Positions 1 to 12,569 of a stretch of DNA of 64,000 bases are shown here, one piece after another (position 1 is the stretch's first letter; each line of letters starts with the position of its first letter). Made by a program: the position numbers and the translations under genes. The notes under the pieces were generated by a model. It was given only the letters and a program-made list of their open reading frames with translations. It was not told where the DNA came from and did not search any database. The stretch is taken from assembly GCF_001194135.2 (NCBI RefSeq), contig NC_068989.1:75135054-75199053 (forward strand). The letters are read 5' to 3'. This DNA comes from Octopus bimaculoides (lineage: Eukaryota).

Positions 1-16
1 ATATATATATATATAT

Positions 17-46
17 ACTAGCAGTAATACCTGTTGTTGATCGGGT
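17..46 (-). mobile_element. Helitron-like 3' terminus (hairpin + CTAG|T)
   Basis: actagcagtaatacctgttgttgatcgggt; its reverse complement gives an acccg...caggt hairpin followed by CTAGT, the same motif as at 8489-8517. Confidence 0.5.
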
Positions 47-1167
47 AATTATTTTTACTGTTTCTTAGGTCAAGAAGCTAGAAAAATGAGTATATCATAT
101 AGAAGAATAGCTTTACAGAATCCAGTCGACTGTGATGGCACTGAAAAAGCTGCAGGTCAAGTGAAACATCACTGTTTATATAGAAAAAGGATTGCAATGA
201 AATTACAAATGCTGTGTCAGTTCACAATTAGTGTTGTACCATTGCATAACTTTTATTGAGACAAATTAGGCAATAGCATAATAGGAGATATAGAAAAAGC
301 TTTGCATGTCATGCATTTGTTTGGTGTTCGTTTTTTGAGTCTTTTTTTTAGTAGACATTGTTTTGGTTAGGAATATCAGTAAGTAATAGTGAAATGAAAT
401 TACAAATGCTGTGTCCTGTGAGTCAGATTAAGGTTTACTCATCCTGTATGTGTGTATTATATAAGAGAAAAACATGTAATAAGTGAGAGAGTTGTTGCAC
501 TCATAGCCACAAATGATCCTTTGTGTTTAGAAACTTTACTTATCTGAAAAACCAAGCTCTGACATTCAATTTACATAACCTTAAATAATACATGAAATGT
601 ATGTAACACTGCAACATCATTAATATAACAATGACATCACATCACCTGGAAACAAATTGGTTTAATTCTTTTCTTTATTCAAGAAATGCTTCTAACATCA
701 TTTTCAATGTTTGTTCCAGTATTAGTTGCCACACTATCTATGTACAATATCATTCAAAGCTTAAAGGAACTGATTTTGTAATTCATTCACTATCAATATT
801 TGTGTCATCTGTCATCTTTTCTTTATTTAATTTACATGAGATAGCTATACCCTGTTCATCCTTAAGTAATCCCAACTATGATATTTCTAGCATGCTAGGA
901 TTCATTATTTTGTTCTGCATTGATACCATATTGGAGCTGTTATTGGTGATTGTATTTGCTAGCTGCTGTCAAACCAAATCAATTAAGAAATATTCCTGAG
1001 TGAGAAATTGTCTTACAATTCAAAAGCATTCAGCTCAATTATTTATTGACAGCATCTTTACCAGGTAGATATACTTTTAAACCCATTTTAACAGGAATTG
1101 AACATGGTCTAGTGATTGTGACTGCAACACTCTAACCACTAGGCTACAGACCTATATATATATATAT

Positions 1168-1566
1168 AGGAGTGGCTGTGTGATAAGTAGCTTGCATACG
1201 AACCACATGGCTCCAGGTTCAGTCCCACTGCGTGGTACCTTGGGCAAGTGTCTTCTACTATAGCCTCAGGCCGACCAAAGCCTTGTGCATTTGGTAGACG
1301 GAAGCTGAAAGAAGCCCGTCGTATATATGTATATATATAAGTGTGTGTGTGTGTATGTTTGTGTATCTGTGTTTTTTCTTCCAACATCGCTTGACAACCG
1401 ATGCTGGTGTGTTTACGTCCCCCTAACTTAGCGGTTCGGCAAAAGAGGCCGATAGAATAAGTACTAGGTTTACAAAGAATAAGTCCTGGGGTCGATTTGC
1501 TCGACTAATGGCAGTGCTCTAGCATGACCTCAGTCAAATGATTGAAACAAGTAAAAGAGTAAAGAG
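1168..1566 (+). mobile_element. tRNA-derived SINE family A (head ggagtggctgtgtggtaag, internal TA/TG microsatellite, tail tgactgaaacaagtaaaagag)
   Basis: Pol III A/B-box-like head; near-identical to copies at 5888-6300 and 10370-10760. Confidence 0.85.
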
Positions 1567-1580
1567 TATATGTATATATA

Positions 1581-1990
1581 TCTTTTATCTTTTATCCTGT
1601 ACTTGTCTCAGTCATTTGACTGCAGCCATGCTGGGGCACCACCTTAAATTTTTTAGTCAAATCAATCGATCTCAGTTATTTTTTAAGCCTAGTACTTATT
1701 CTATCAGACTCTTTTGCCAAACTGCTAAGTTACATGGATGCAAACACACCAACACCAATTGTCAAGCAGTAGTGGGGGACAAACACAGACACAGACACAC
1801 AAATATAGATATACACATATATATATATGATGGATTTCTTTCAGTTTCTATCTACCAAATCCACTCACAAGGCTTTGGTCTATAGTAGGCTATAGTAGAA
1901 GACACTTGTGCAAAGTGCTACACAGTGGAACTGAACCCTGAACCATATGGTTGAAAAGCAAGCTTCTTAGCACATAGCCACACCTGCGCC
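1581..1990 (-). mobile_element. SINE family A, diverged copy, tail-to-tail with the previous copy
   Basis: Reverse complement of the family A body and head (ends cacctgcgcc). Confidence 0.8.
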
Positions 1991-2344
1991 TATATACATA
2001 TGTGTGTGTGTTTTTGTGTGTAGGGGGGAAGAGGGAGAGAGTGAGTTAGTGAGAGAGAGAAGCACGGGCATAGTTGTGTGTTTGAGAAGTTTGCTTCCCC
2101 ACCACATGGTTCCATGTTATTGTTCCACTCAGATGCTGATAAAAGAAGCCATGAAATATCAACATTGATCATCATCATCATCATCATTATTAAGCATTCT
2201 CCCTCAGTTTTCTGTATTTTTATACTCCATGTAAATTTATTTGTCATTATATAAGAATATCTGTATGTTTGCACCATAAGTGTTTATCTTCTGAATATTT
2301 TCAGTTTTTTGTATATTACAATATAGTGAACATCACTAAATCTT

Positions 2345-2356
2345 ACTCATTAACTG

Positions 2357-2433
<77 letters not shown>

Positions 2434-2484
2434 GTATAGATATAATAATAATTGGCCCTTTTTGTCTATGCAGAAGAATGTCTG

Positions 2485-2521
<37 letters not shown>

Positions 2522-2665
2522 TATATGTCATATTTTAAATTTTAAATCATATTTCTACTTATATATTTTTACTTTTATGTATATATATTATCTTCTGTTT
2601 CTGAATGGCATATCTTATCTGTATATATCATTTTACCCTATATTTTTATTTTTTTATGTATATCC

Positions 2666-2704
<39 letters not shown>

Positions 2705-2745
2705 CACGCGTGTGTGTGTATGCATGCGTGCATGTGTGTGTGTCA
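2345..2745. repeat. (TA)n, (CA)n, (GATA)n and (TG)n microsatellite cluster
   Basis: Directly visible. Confidence 0.95.
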
Positions 2746-3570
2746 GGTCAGACTAGTGCTGCTACCAATATGACAGTAGATGGTACAACCTGTGGCTGTT
2801 TCTGCTGCCTTGTAGACACATACGAGAGTATGAAAGGCTAAGGGAGTAAACCCAAACAGAAAATCCTGAGAGAAGGCCCCTAAGGCAGTTGATGGGGAGG
2901 AATGATGCAAACTATCTTCTGGAAGCCCCTGCAACTTTACTGGTTCCAAATATATTGACCTTGTCTTTCCTTTGGAGTAAATCAGTGAAGTCAGGAGGGG
3001 GACCGTGCAAATTGGGTAAGGCACGTTCTCCATACATTCAGAGCCCAAGCATTTAGCTTAGCCAAGGACTTAGAATTTCTGGGAGGACAATGCAAAACAA
3101 AAAGAGAGAGAGAGAGAGAGAGAGCATATGGAGAGGACACTTCATCCTTGCTGTAACAGGGAAGGGAAACAACAGAGGAGTGGCAGTTTACGGGTTATAA
3201 GGCATCCTTATTTGGTGAAGCGGGATGTCGCCACAGGTCATCTTTAATGATGGGAGTGATTATTCAATCGCACTGATCAGCTACCGCCTGTTTTAAACTG
3301 GGCAGTCCCCTGTCTGTAAGGTATTGATCCACCACGTCTGTCCACTGCTAAGGGTGTATGGAGCTAGGACAAAAACCGAAAAGCAGACGTAAAGCCCAGC
3401 ACCTGGCAAAAGAGGAAGAAAATTGAAATTGACCCCATTGAATCTGGGGACCTGGAATGTCAGAACAATGACAATTGGAATGGACATTACTGACCTGGAC
3501 AAACCAGAGGACTTCAGGAAAACGGCAATCATTGACAGGGAGCTCACATGGCTGAATGTAGACATCACAT
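2741..3570 (+). mobile_element. RTE/BovB-clade LINE 5'UTR and start of the endonuclease domain (NLGTWNVRTM...RKTAIIDRELTWLNVDIT), truncated
   Basis: GTWNVRT APE-endonuclease motif at 3444-3467 and an RTE-type 5'UTR (gggagtaaaccc...aaaatcc). Confidence 0.75.
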
Positions 3571-3639
3571 GTTTTAGAATCTCACATCTGTAATATAGTT
3601 AGCTTTTTAAAAAATTTGGATTAATTGAGCTTCTGCTCT

Positions 3640-3852
3640 TTTTAATTACCCCCTCTCTTCTTCCCTTTTCCCTACATAATCATTACCACCATCAGCTCCT
3701 TCTTCTCCTCATTCTGTTCTGCCAACACCACAACCTCCTCCTCCTCCTCCTGCCTGTCCTTTTATTTTTCTGCTCCCCTTCTCCACCCTCCTCCTCCCAT
3801 CCTCATCCTTCTCCTCCCCTCCCCTTCCTCCTTTTCCTTCCCCCTCCTCCTT
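3640..3852. repeat. Polypyrimidine (CCT/CT)-rich tract
   Basis: Directly visible low-complexity tract. Confidence 0.85.
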
Positions 3853-4239
3853 GACTAAGATAAAACATTCATCAGTTCACCAATTATTACAGTGCTTTGA
3901 CTGTATAATTACAGCAGTGAGCTATGGCACCTATTTAGACATGAGTGAACGGATCAACAAAAAAAGAGAAACATTTTGGTTTTTGAACATAATGGAGTGT
4001 CTATTACAAACAAACCATTTGCTCAAATTAGTTTGGGTGGGCAAAGTGTATCTGGACCTTACAGAATGAGTGTTAACACTTTAGTGCAACCTAAGTATTC
4101 CTTGGTTCTTCACTGCTCTAGCCCCTTTTATTTAATATCCCAAAGTTTAATCATCTAAATCACTCTAACTGCTGAGATGATAATATTTATTTGGCCCTCA
4201 TATCATAGAGAAAACATTGTTCCAAAACTTCATTTTCCA

Positions 4240-5810
4240 ATATGGGTGTGTGATTAAGTAGTTTGTTTCCCAACCACATGGTTTTATGTTCAGTCCTACT
4301 GCATGATATCTTGGGCAAGTGTCTTCTACAATAGCCCTGGGCCATCCAAAGCATAGTGAGCTAAAGGGTTAAATTGGAAACCTGGTCTAAGTACTAATAA
4401 GGGAGTGAATCTCACCAGAGACACCCAAGGACCAGATGGATAGTGCTAAACTGGACAATGAAGTAAGTCAGTCACCCAAAAACTCAGAACTGGAAGAATT
4501 GGAGCAGATATGACAAGGCATCTTGTCCAATACTCTGACAACTCTGCCAACCAACTATCTTGGACTGGAACTTTATCATATCACTCATTTGAAAGAATGG
4601 AAAGCAAAATTAACCATAGATCTGGCATAAATATATGTATATATTTTTTATTTTGACACAAGGCCAACAATTTTGAGGAGAAGGGGACATTAATTACATT
4701 GACCTCAGTGCTTGACCAGTACATTATTTTATCACCTCTGAAGGGATGAAAGGCAAAGTTGACCTTGGTGGCATTTGAGCTCCAGTAGATCCTGAAGAAG
4801 TGATGTTAAACACTTAGTGTAGTATCAATTCTGCAAGCTCACCTTTTTAGATATCATCATCATCATCATCATCATCGTTTAACGTCCGCTTTCCATGCTA
4901 GCATGGGTTGGACGATTTGACTGAGGACTGGTGAAACCGGATGGCAACACCAGGCTCCAATCTAATATATATATTTTTTTTTTTTATACTAGCAAGACCT
5001 GAACATTTGGGAGAAGGGATTTTATTGATTACACTGACCCTAGTGTTAGACTGGTACTTAAAATAATCCTTAAAGTCGACCTCAGTGGAATTTGTACTCG
5101 AAACATAAAGCCAGAAGAAATGCCACTAGTATTTTGTCCTGTGCAGTAATGATTCTGCCTGCTCATTACTTTATATAAATACTGGTTTCATATTTTGGCA
5201 CTAGGCCAGCAAGTTCAGGGAAGTGGGGAAGTTGATTACATCAACCTCAGTGCTCAACTGGTACTTATTTTATCAACCCCAAAAGGATGAAAGTAAAAGT
5301 TGACCTCAGGAGAATTTGGACTCAGAAAGCGAAAGCGAAATCGTGATGGCACCACCTTTGAGTGTGATCGTTACCAGCGTCGCCTTCCTGGCACTTGTGC
5401 CGCAGCTTTGTGTACCAGGCACTTGTGCCAGTGGCACGTGAAAAGTCATTCGAGTGAGATCATTGCTAGTGCCGCTGGACTGGCCCCTGTGCAGGTGGCA
5501 CGTAAAATACACCATTTTGAGCGTGGCCGTTGCCAGTACCGCCTGACTGGCCTTCGTGCCGGTGGCACGTAAAACACCCACTACAAGTGGTTGGCGTTAG
5601 GAAGGGCATCCAGCTGTAGAAACTCTGCCAAATCAGATTGGAGCCTGGTGTAGCCATCTGGTTTCACCAGTCCTCAGTCAAATTGTCCAACCCATGCCAG
5701 CATGGAAAGCGGACGTTAAACGATGATGATGTAAAGACGGACGAAATGCCATTAAGCATTTTGCCTGGCGTGCTAATGATTCTGCCAGCATGCCACCTGA
5801 TATAAACATT
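4240..5810. mobile_element. Cluster of nested SINE fragments: family A head (4243-4350 +), several family B copies (-), RTE-tail elements (4855-4965 -, 5330-5730 +)
   Basis: Matches to other copies in the window. Confidence 0.75.
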
Positions 5811-5887
5811 GTAAGACACTTTTGCCCTTCCCCTAACAATTGAGCAAATTCATTGCTAAAATAATGGTAAATATTGATTTTTAACAA

Positions 5888-6300
5888 TGGCGTAGGAGTG
5901 GCTGTGTGGTAAGTAGCTTGCTTACCAACCACATGGTCCCGGGTTCAGCCCCACTGCGTGGCATCTTGGGCAAGTGTCTTCTACTATAGCCTCGGGCCGA
6001 CCAATGCCTTGTGAGTGGATTTGGTAGACGGAAACTGAAAGAAGCCTGTCGTATATATGTATATATATATATATGTATGTGTGTATGTGTTTGTATGTCT
6101 GTGCTTGTCCCCCCAACATCGCTTGACAACCGATGCTGGTGTGTTTATGTCCCTGTAACTTAGCGGTTCGGCAAAAGAGACCGAAAGAATAAGTACTAGG
6201 CTTCCAAAGAATAAGTCCTGGGGTCGATTTGCTCGACTAAAGGTGGTGTTCCAGCATGGCCACAGTCAAAAGACTGAAACAAGTAAAAGAGTAAAAGAGT
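5888..6300 (+). mobile_element. SINE family A, near full length and well preserved
   Basis: ggcgtaggagtggctgtgtggtaag head through the gtaaaagagtaaaagag tail. Confidence 0.9.
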
Positions 6301-7250
6301 AATGGCATAAGGCCACATAGTTTGTGAGGTAGTCAATGAAATCAATTCCATATTTAACAAGTGCTTTATTTTATTGACCTGTGAAAGATGAAAGGTAAAG
6401 TTGACCTTGGCAGGATTTGAACTCAGGATGTAAAGGGTCATAATTGAATATTTACTACAAGTTATTTTATCTAACATTCCAATGATTCCATCATTTTACT
6501 ACTAATATCTGTTGGTAGTAAATTATATTGTTGTTGTTGTTGTTATAGGCCACGGTGGTTATTATAGTGGCACTGGTGATGTTGGCACTGTTGTTATGGC
6601 TGCTAGTGTTAAAACTAATTGTTGTTTCACCTTCTTTGTAGTTATTAACCATCCCCCACAATGCCCACCACCACCACCACCACCAGCATCATCTCTACCT
6701 TACATCCATCACCATCATTATCATTAGCAGAAGCACTCTGACTGCCATAACCATCAACACTACCATCATGAACACCACCACCACCACCACTAACCAGTAT
6801 CACCAGGTTGAGCTTATGGAAGAGCCTCTGTGTGGTCAGGCAATCTGCAAATAATATCAGCCAAATTACCCTCAAATCACAAGCTATCATCTCTGAAAAA
6901 GATGCATGGGCGATCTGGTTCCAGGTTCCCTCTTCATAGAAAAGAGACAAGATGGTCATGGTTGGAATGTCCTTAAATATGTTCGAGAAAACCATATACA
7001 TATATAGGCATGGGTATGTGATTAAAAAGCTTGCTTTGCAACCATGTGGTTTCTGGTTCAGTTCCACTGCACAGCGCTTTGAACAAGTGTAAACCCAATA
7101 CAGCCCTGGGCCAACCAATGCCTTGTGAGTGAATTTGAGAGATGAAAACAGTATGAAAGTCCATCGTGTGTGTGTGTGTGTGTGCGTGTGCGCATATATA
7201 CACACATACATACACATATATTTATATACATGTATATTTATACACACTCA

Positions 7251-7282
<32 letters not shown>

Positions 7283-7292
<10 letters not shown>

Positions 7293-7760
7293 AGGTAGTG
7301 ATCTGACAGAATCATAAGCATTTTGCCCGGCAAAATGCTTTACGGTATTTTGTCCGTATAGGGCGGCGAGCTGGCAGAATCGTTAGCACGTCGGGCGAAA
7401 GGCTTAGCGGTATTTCGTCTGCTGTGACGTTCTGGGTTCAAATTCCGCCGAGGTCGACTTTGCCTTTCATCCTTTCGGGGTCGATAAATTAAGTACCAGT
7501 TACGCACTGGGGTCGATGTAATCGACTTAATCCGTTTGTCTGTCCTTGTTTGTCCCCTCTGTGTGTAGCCCCTTGTGGGCAGTAAAGAAATAGGTATTTT
7601 GTCCGTATAAATAATGCTCTGAGTTCAAATACCGCCGAGATCAACTTTGCTTTTCATTCTTTCAGGGTCAATAAAATAAGTACCAGTTGAGTACTGAGTC
7701 ACGTAACCAACTTACCCTCTCCCCCAAAATTGCTGACCTCGTACCAAAATTTGAAACCAG
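7283..7760 (+). mobile_element. tRNA-derived SINE family B (Deu/Nin-domain-like core gcctttcatcctttcggggtcgataaattaagtacc), with a young copy (7361-7592) nested inside an older copy
   Basis: 17-bp TSD ggtattttgtccgtata at 7344-7360 and 7593-7609; head ggcggcgagctggcagaatcgttagc and B-box gggttcaaattcc. Confidence 0.85.
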
Positions 7761-7786
7761 TATATCTCTTGTCTACCCTTATAATC

Positions 7787-8340
7787 TCTATCCTTATAAA
7801 AAGCAAAGTTTGTTCGTTTGTTATGTTGACCGCAATATTTCAGGTTTTTCACGTCATTTCAATTAATTGTTCCGCAAATGACTGTGCACTTATTTTCCGA
7901 AAAAGTAATGGGAGTGGCCGAGTTGGTGGTGTATTGGCTCATATTTCTAGCACCGTAATGCTTTTTTTTTTCTTATAGACAGGGCATACCAACACAAGAG
8001 TGCTCCACCGGATTTTTTTCTTCATAACTTTATGGGAAGTGGATATTTTAAAATAAAATATTCTACAAATATACTTCTAATGGTGTACATTCCAACTATA
8101 TAAGGATTTGTTGTGAAATCCTTTTTTCGCTCCCATCAAAGCCGAATCATCTGAATTTTATGAAACTGCTCTCCCGACTTGTGGAAAATATTTTTCGCGA
8201 CGAATTCCAATAGAATCGGAATCTAAACCATCTGAAACATTTTTGTATAAAATTTCATAAAAAAATATCCATTTTCTGAAAGTTACGAAACAAATTCTGT
8301 GGAGCAGTTGTGTGGGTATGGCTGCAAATGAACTTTTTTT
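7787..8340 (+). mobile_element. Probable non-autonomous Helitron (5' TCTATCCTTATAAAAAGCAAAGTTTGTTCGTTTG)
   Basis: The 5' sequence resembles the TC-start of invertebrate non-autonomous Helitrons; the 3' end is uncertain. Confidence 0.4.
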
Positions 8341-8488
8341 TTAATGTATATATATACATGCAGGAAGACTGACATTTTTACATATACACTCTGACGTATA
8401 AACATAACACATGTATATTTATAAATACCGAGATAGACATTTCTATATTTTTAAACATGTAACTCATAGATGTTTACGTTTATAATAT

Positions 8489-8826
8489 ACTAGCAGAGAT
8501 ACCCGGCGCTGCTCGGGATTGAAACGGCATAGTTTTTTTTATTGTTTTACTTGTTTCAGGCATGTGACTGCGGCAATGCTGGAGCACCGCCTTCAATCGA
8601 ACAAATCGACCCCAGGATTTATTCTTTGTAAGCCTAGTACTTATTTTATCGGTGTCTTTTGCCGAACCTCTAAGTTATGGGGATGTAAACACACCAGCAT
8701 GTCACTTAGTCGAATTAGCCCTTCCTTTACTCCACAAATGTTTCGTCGTCAATGCCGCACTTCCTCATATCACATGTTTCAACTTAACTGTACCATATAT
8801 ACAAACTATGCCATTTAAATCCTGAG
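8489..8826. mobile_element. Helitron-like 3' end on the - strand fused to the 3' half of SINE A, plus a second, inverted Helitron-like end running into the N gap
   Basis: actagcagagatacccggcgctgctcggg at 8489-8517; aaactatgccatttaaatcctgag at 8803-8826 is the inverted match of 8512-8535. Confidence 0.55.
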
Positions 8827-8864
8827 NNNNNNNNNNACAATTTCAAAATAAGGTGAATAAAATC

Positions 8865-9182
8865 AAAATAAGCAACAGGATATCCAGAGGTAATGTAGTA
8901 CAACCGTTTCAAGTGGCTCAATTTAATTGAACAATGCAATCATTACATCAATTTAAATGCAGGGCTATCCTCAGCTGCATAAATAAATAAATAGAATTTT
9001 TTTAATCAGTCGGACACATTAAAATAATTTTACTTAAATAATCTAATAGAGTAAGATGAAGTCCATGCTTCTAGCACTTCAGCTTAGAAGTTTCTAAAAT
9101 GTAATGATTGCATTGTTCAACTAAATGGAGCCGCTTGATACAGTCCTGCTGCATCACCTCTGGATATCTTGTTGCTTATTTT
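8865..9182. mobile_element. MITE-like element with terminal inverted repeats of about 84 bp
   Basis: aaaataagcaacaggatatccagagg...gaacaatgcaatcattacat versus atgtaatgattgcattgttc...cctctggatatcttgttgcttatttt. Confidence 0.75.
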
Positions 9183-10310
9183 CGTATATGTATGTATGTA
9201 TGTTTGTATGTAAATACATATATAGTCAACAATTAAGATCCAGAGCTTCTCAGCTTAGAAAACACTTAGTAGCACTCAAACAATTCTCATGTCTTTATGA
9301 AGGACCAATTCCACAGAGTAAAGAGTGGCTATAAGAGGAATGCAGGTGAGCAGATATGGAGGCAATTAAGCAGATAAACATTTCAACATTCCACCTTTAA
9401 ACTTCTTTGCATATGATCTGAACTGTAAAATTTCTTTCTACCTTGATGACAGAGGCTCGATTTAGCCAATGTTTATTTGCTTCCATTACTGGATGCATAT
9501 CTACCAACATTGTGAAGGATCTCCGAACTCCCAGAAACAGCCATTGGACTTATAACATCTTACCTTCTACCCTTTAATTTTCTCTGTCATTTGTACTCTG
9601 GGTAAGTTTGATCTAGTAATATATAAATATCTATATATTTATACTTCAATATTCATCATCTAAAAGTCTTCAGCCTTTACTTTCTTTTTGCTTGCACGCA
9701 TACAGATATATTATATATACATATTGTATATCATACCCAAGCTGTTATATTTAATTTACTTATCCACATAATTGCTTCTATATTTACATGTGTGTGTTTG
9801 TGCTTGTCCCCACTTCACCACATGACAGGGTTGGTTTGTTGTAACCCTATAAGGTAGAAGCTTGGCAAAAGTGACCAAAAGAATTAGCATCAGACTTAAT
9901 AAATAAATACTGGGATTGATTTGTTTGACTAAATCCTTGAAAGGGGTGCCCCAGCATGGCTGCTGTCCAATGATTAGAATAAGTAAAAAAAAAAAAAGAG
10001 AAGAAAAATAAATGATACAAGGAAAGAACTCCAAGGTGCCGACCTTCTCCAGAGGAAATACTAACTATAGTGGTTAGCATTGGACTTCAGGTGAGGAAGA
10101 GGAGTGCAATATAGATGAAGAGCTGAGTGAGTTGGGAGTGTTTGAGTGGGGGCAACAGGAGACTAACTAGCTTTGAGGGAGGAGCAACTGTTACAGTAGC
10201 AGAGGTAGTAAAGGCAACATGCCATGCATAGTTAAAATGTGAGCCACCTGAGCACGACCCTTGAGTTTACTCCCTGGATCTAGGGCACCCCCATCACATG
10301 CACACAAAAA

Positions 10311-10905
10311 TACAAGGTGGTATCAAAAAGTTCCCGGACTAGTTATGGGTTAATAAAAAATGACTTATTTACTTTTTTTTACTCTTTTACTTGTTTCAGT
10401 CATTTGACTGCGGCCATGCTGGAGCGCCGCCTTTAGTCGAGCAAATCGACCCCAGGACTTATTCTTTGGAAGCCTAGTACTTATTCTATCAGTCACTTTT
10501 GCCGAACCGCTAAGTTACAGGGACGTAAGCACACCAGCATCGGTTGTCAAGTGATGTTGGGGGGGACAAATACTGACACACAAACATATATATATATATA
10601 TATACGACGGGCTTCTTTCAGTTTCCGTCTACCAACTCCACTCACAAGGCTTTGGTAGGCCCGAGGCTATAGTAGAAGACACTTGCCCAAGGTGCCATGC
10701 AGTGGGACTGAACCCAGAACCATGTGGCTGGTAAGCAAGCTACCACACAGCTACTCCTCAAAAACACGAATTTCACAACTTGCAATGTAAACGCAGCGAT
10801 ACCTCACATAGGTCACTGCTAGTTCTCACTGCACATGCAACCATGTGCTGCCATCTGTTAGTGCGCTACAGAACTAGTCAGGGAACTTTTTCATCCCAAC
10901 TCGTA
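10311..10905. mobile_element. Mariner-type MITE interrupted by a SINE A copy (10370-10760, - strand)
   Basis: TIRs TAcaaggtggtatcaaaaagttcccggactag and ctagtcagggaactttttcatcccaactcgTA, with TA at both ends. Confidence 0.75.
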
Positions 10906-12569
10906 CACCATATTGCACAGCGCTGCTCCCATAAAAAATGCTGGTGTCTCTTGGGCAGACTGCTGTTCTCAACTCCATTCCTTTCTATACTACAGGTAAC
11001 ATGTCTGTGTGTGCATGGGGGCTGGAGGCTGAAATGTGTCGAAGGATTGTTGTTAGAATGTTTGGATCCACCTGGGACGAAACAACTACTACCACTACTA
11101 CTACAATAACAACAGCAAATTTATGATGAGACTCCAAGTACTTCCAGAGAGGTGTGTTTGTTTGATTGTAAGAAAACAGAACATTGAACTATTACCACTA
11201 CTACCACCACCATCACCACCACCGCTGCCACCACTTCCAGGGGTGAACAGAATTCATTTCAGTGAATGACAATAAGAAAGAAACAACTGTTAGTTATGAT
11301 GTCAAAGCTAAGAATAAGGTTAAGTCTTTTTACTTTCCATATTTAATCTTCTTAAAGATTAATTCGGAAGGTTTTTTTTCTTTTGTTTGAAATATACATG
11401 TGAATGAATTTAATACATGAAAATACATGGCTGTGCTCTTAAGAAACTGTAAATCATACAAGCAAATCCTAAGTACATAGTGTGGGCAGCATCTCTGGCC
11501 GTTTATATAAATCAGATAGAAACTTGAATAGCAAAAACAAAAACAAGAAAGGAAGGAAGGAAAGAAAACAGAAAGAAAGACAGACACGAGCGATTTAATC
11601 CAAAAACAAATCTCGTGAGATAAAAACTTCTGAAGAAATGTACGCACGCGCACACACACACACACATACGCACACAAGTGCCTGTCCTATAAACCTCTAC
11701 CCCAAACCAGTAAATTCCTGTGCGGGGTCACAGGCTTTGGTTAGCACAATTGGACGTTGCTAAAGAATGACTGACTATATATCGAAATCTCATTTTTGCC
11801 TCTGTTGTTGTTCCTGCTTTTAGTAGTGGTGGTTTGATTGTTCTGTTGGTGGTGATCGTCGTTGTGGTATAGCAGTATTTGTTTGCTGCTTAGCTCCCTG
11901 TCAATCTCTATCAAACAGGTGTATGATTAAAAGCATTCTAACCATGACTAACTCATCAATTTGGGAGGTACAATATTACAATATATCAGGGATCACATTA
12001 TCCAACATGTTATTTTTTCTTCTTTTTTTTTACATATATATATAGTTAAAGACATTATCTGCTGCTCCTTAAGGCCAGTCAGTATACTAACACTTCGATT
12101 TCACCAGTGTTAAATTTTCTCTTAATAGAAAATATCAAGAAAAGAAACATAATTCAAATCTTTAAAGCAAGGCGTTTAATAACAGCTATTTACGTGCAAG
12201 ATTTTGTCTTTTGTTTCTTTGTGCTTTTTATTGTGTTATCTAAAATAAAAAAAAATGAGTCATAAACTGCTTTAATTCAGTAGTTATAAGCCACAGTCAT
12301 GAGAAAAAAGTCACTGCACTTAATGACTACAGCTGAAGGTAGCTAGACTAGACTAGACATTCTTTTATTCTTCTAATCTTTTACTAGTTTCGATCTTTGG
12401 AGTGTGTCCATACTGGGACACTGCTTTCAAAGGGTTTTAGCTGATGTGATACTCCAGTATTTATTTCAGACATTATGCTTAATACATGGATATCTATTTA
12501 TTGAGTACTTTGGTTATGATTTTTACATAAAGATATACAAATGATCATAACAGTGGTAAACACAGTCTT

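Noticed and set aside
631-999. 122-aa ORF
   Set aside because: No recognisable motif; the composition looks like antisense or decayed AT-rich sequence, and there is no splice support.
6645-7247. 200-aa minus-strand ORF and the many 60-130 aa ORFs rich in YI/CV/HT
   Set aside because: Translations of microsatellites and SINE bodies.
8940-9100. CTGAGGA hammerhead-like core inside the 8865-9182 MITE
   Set aside because: No GAAA block or stems could be built.
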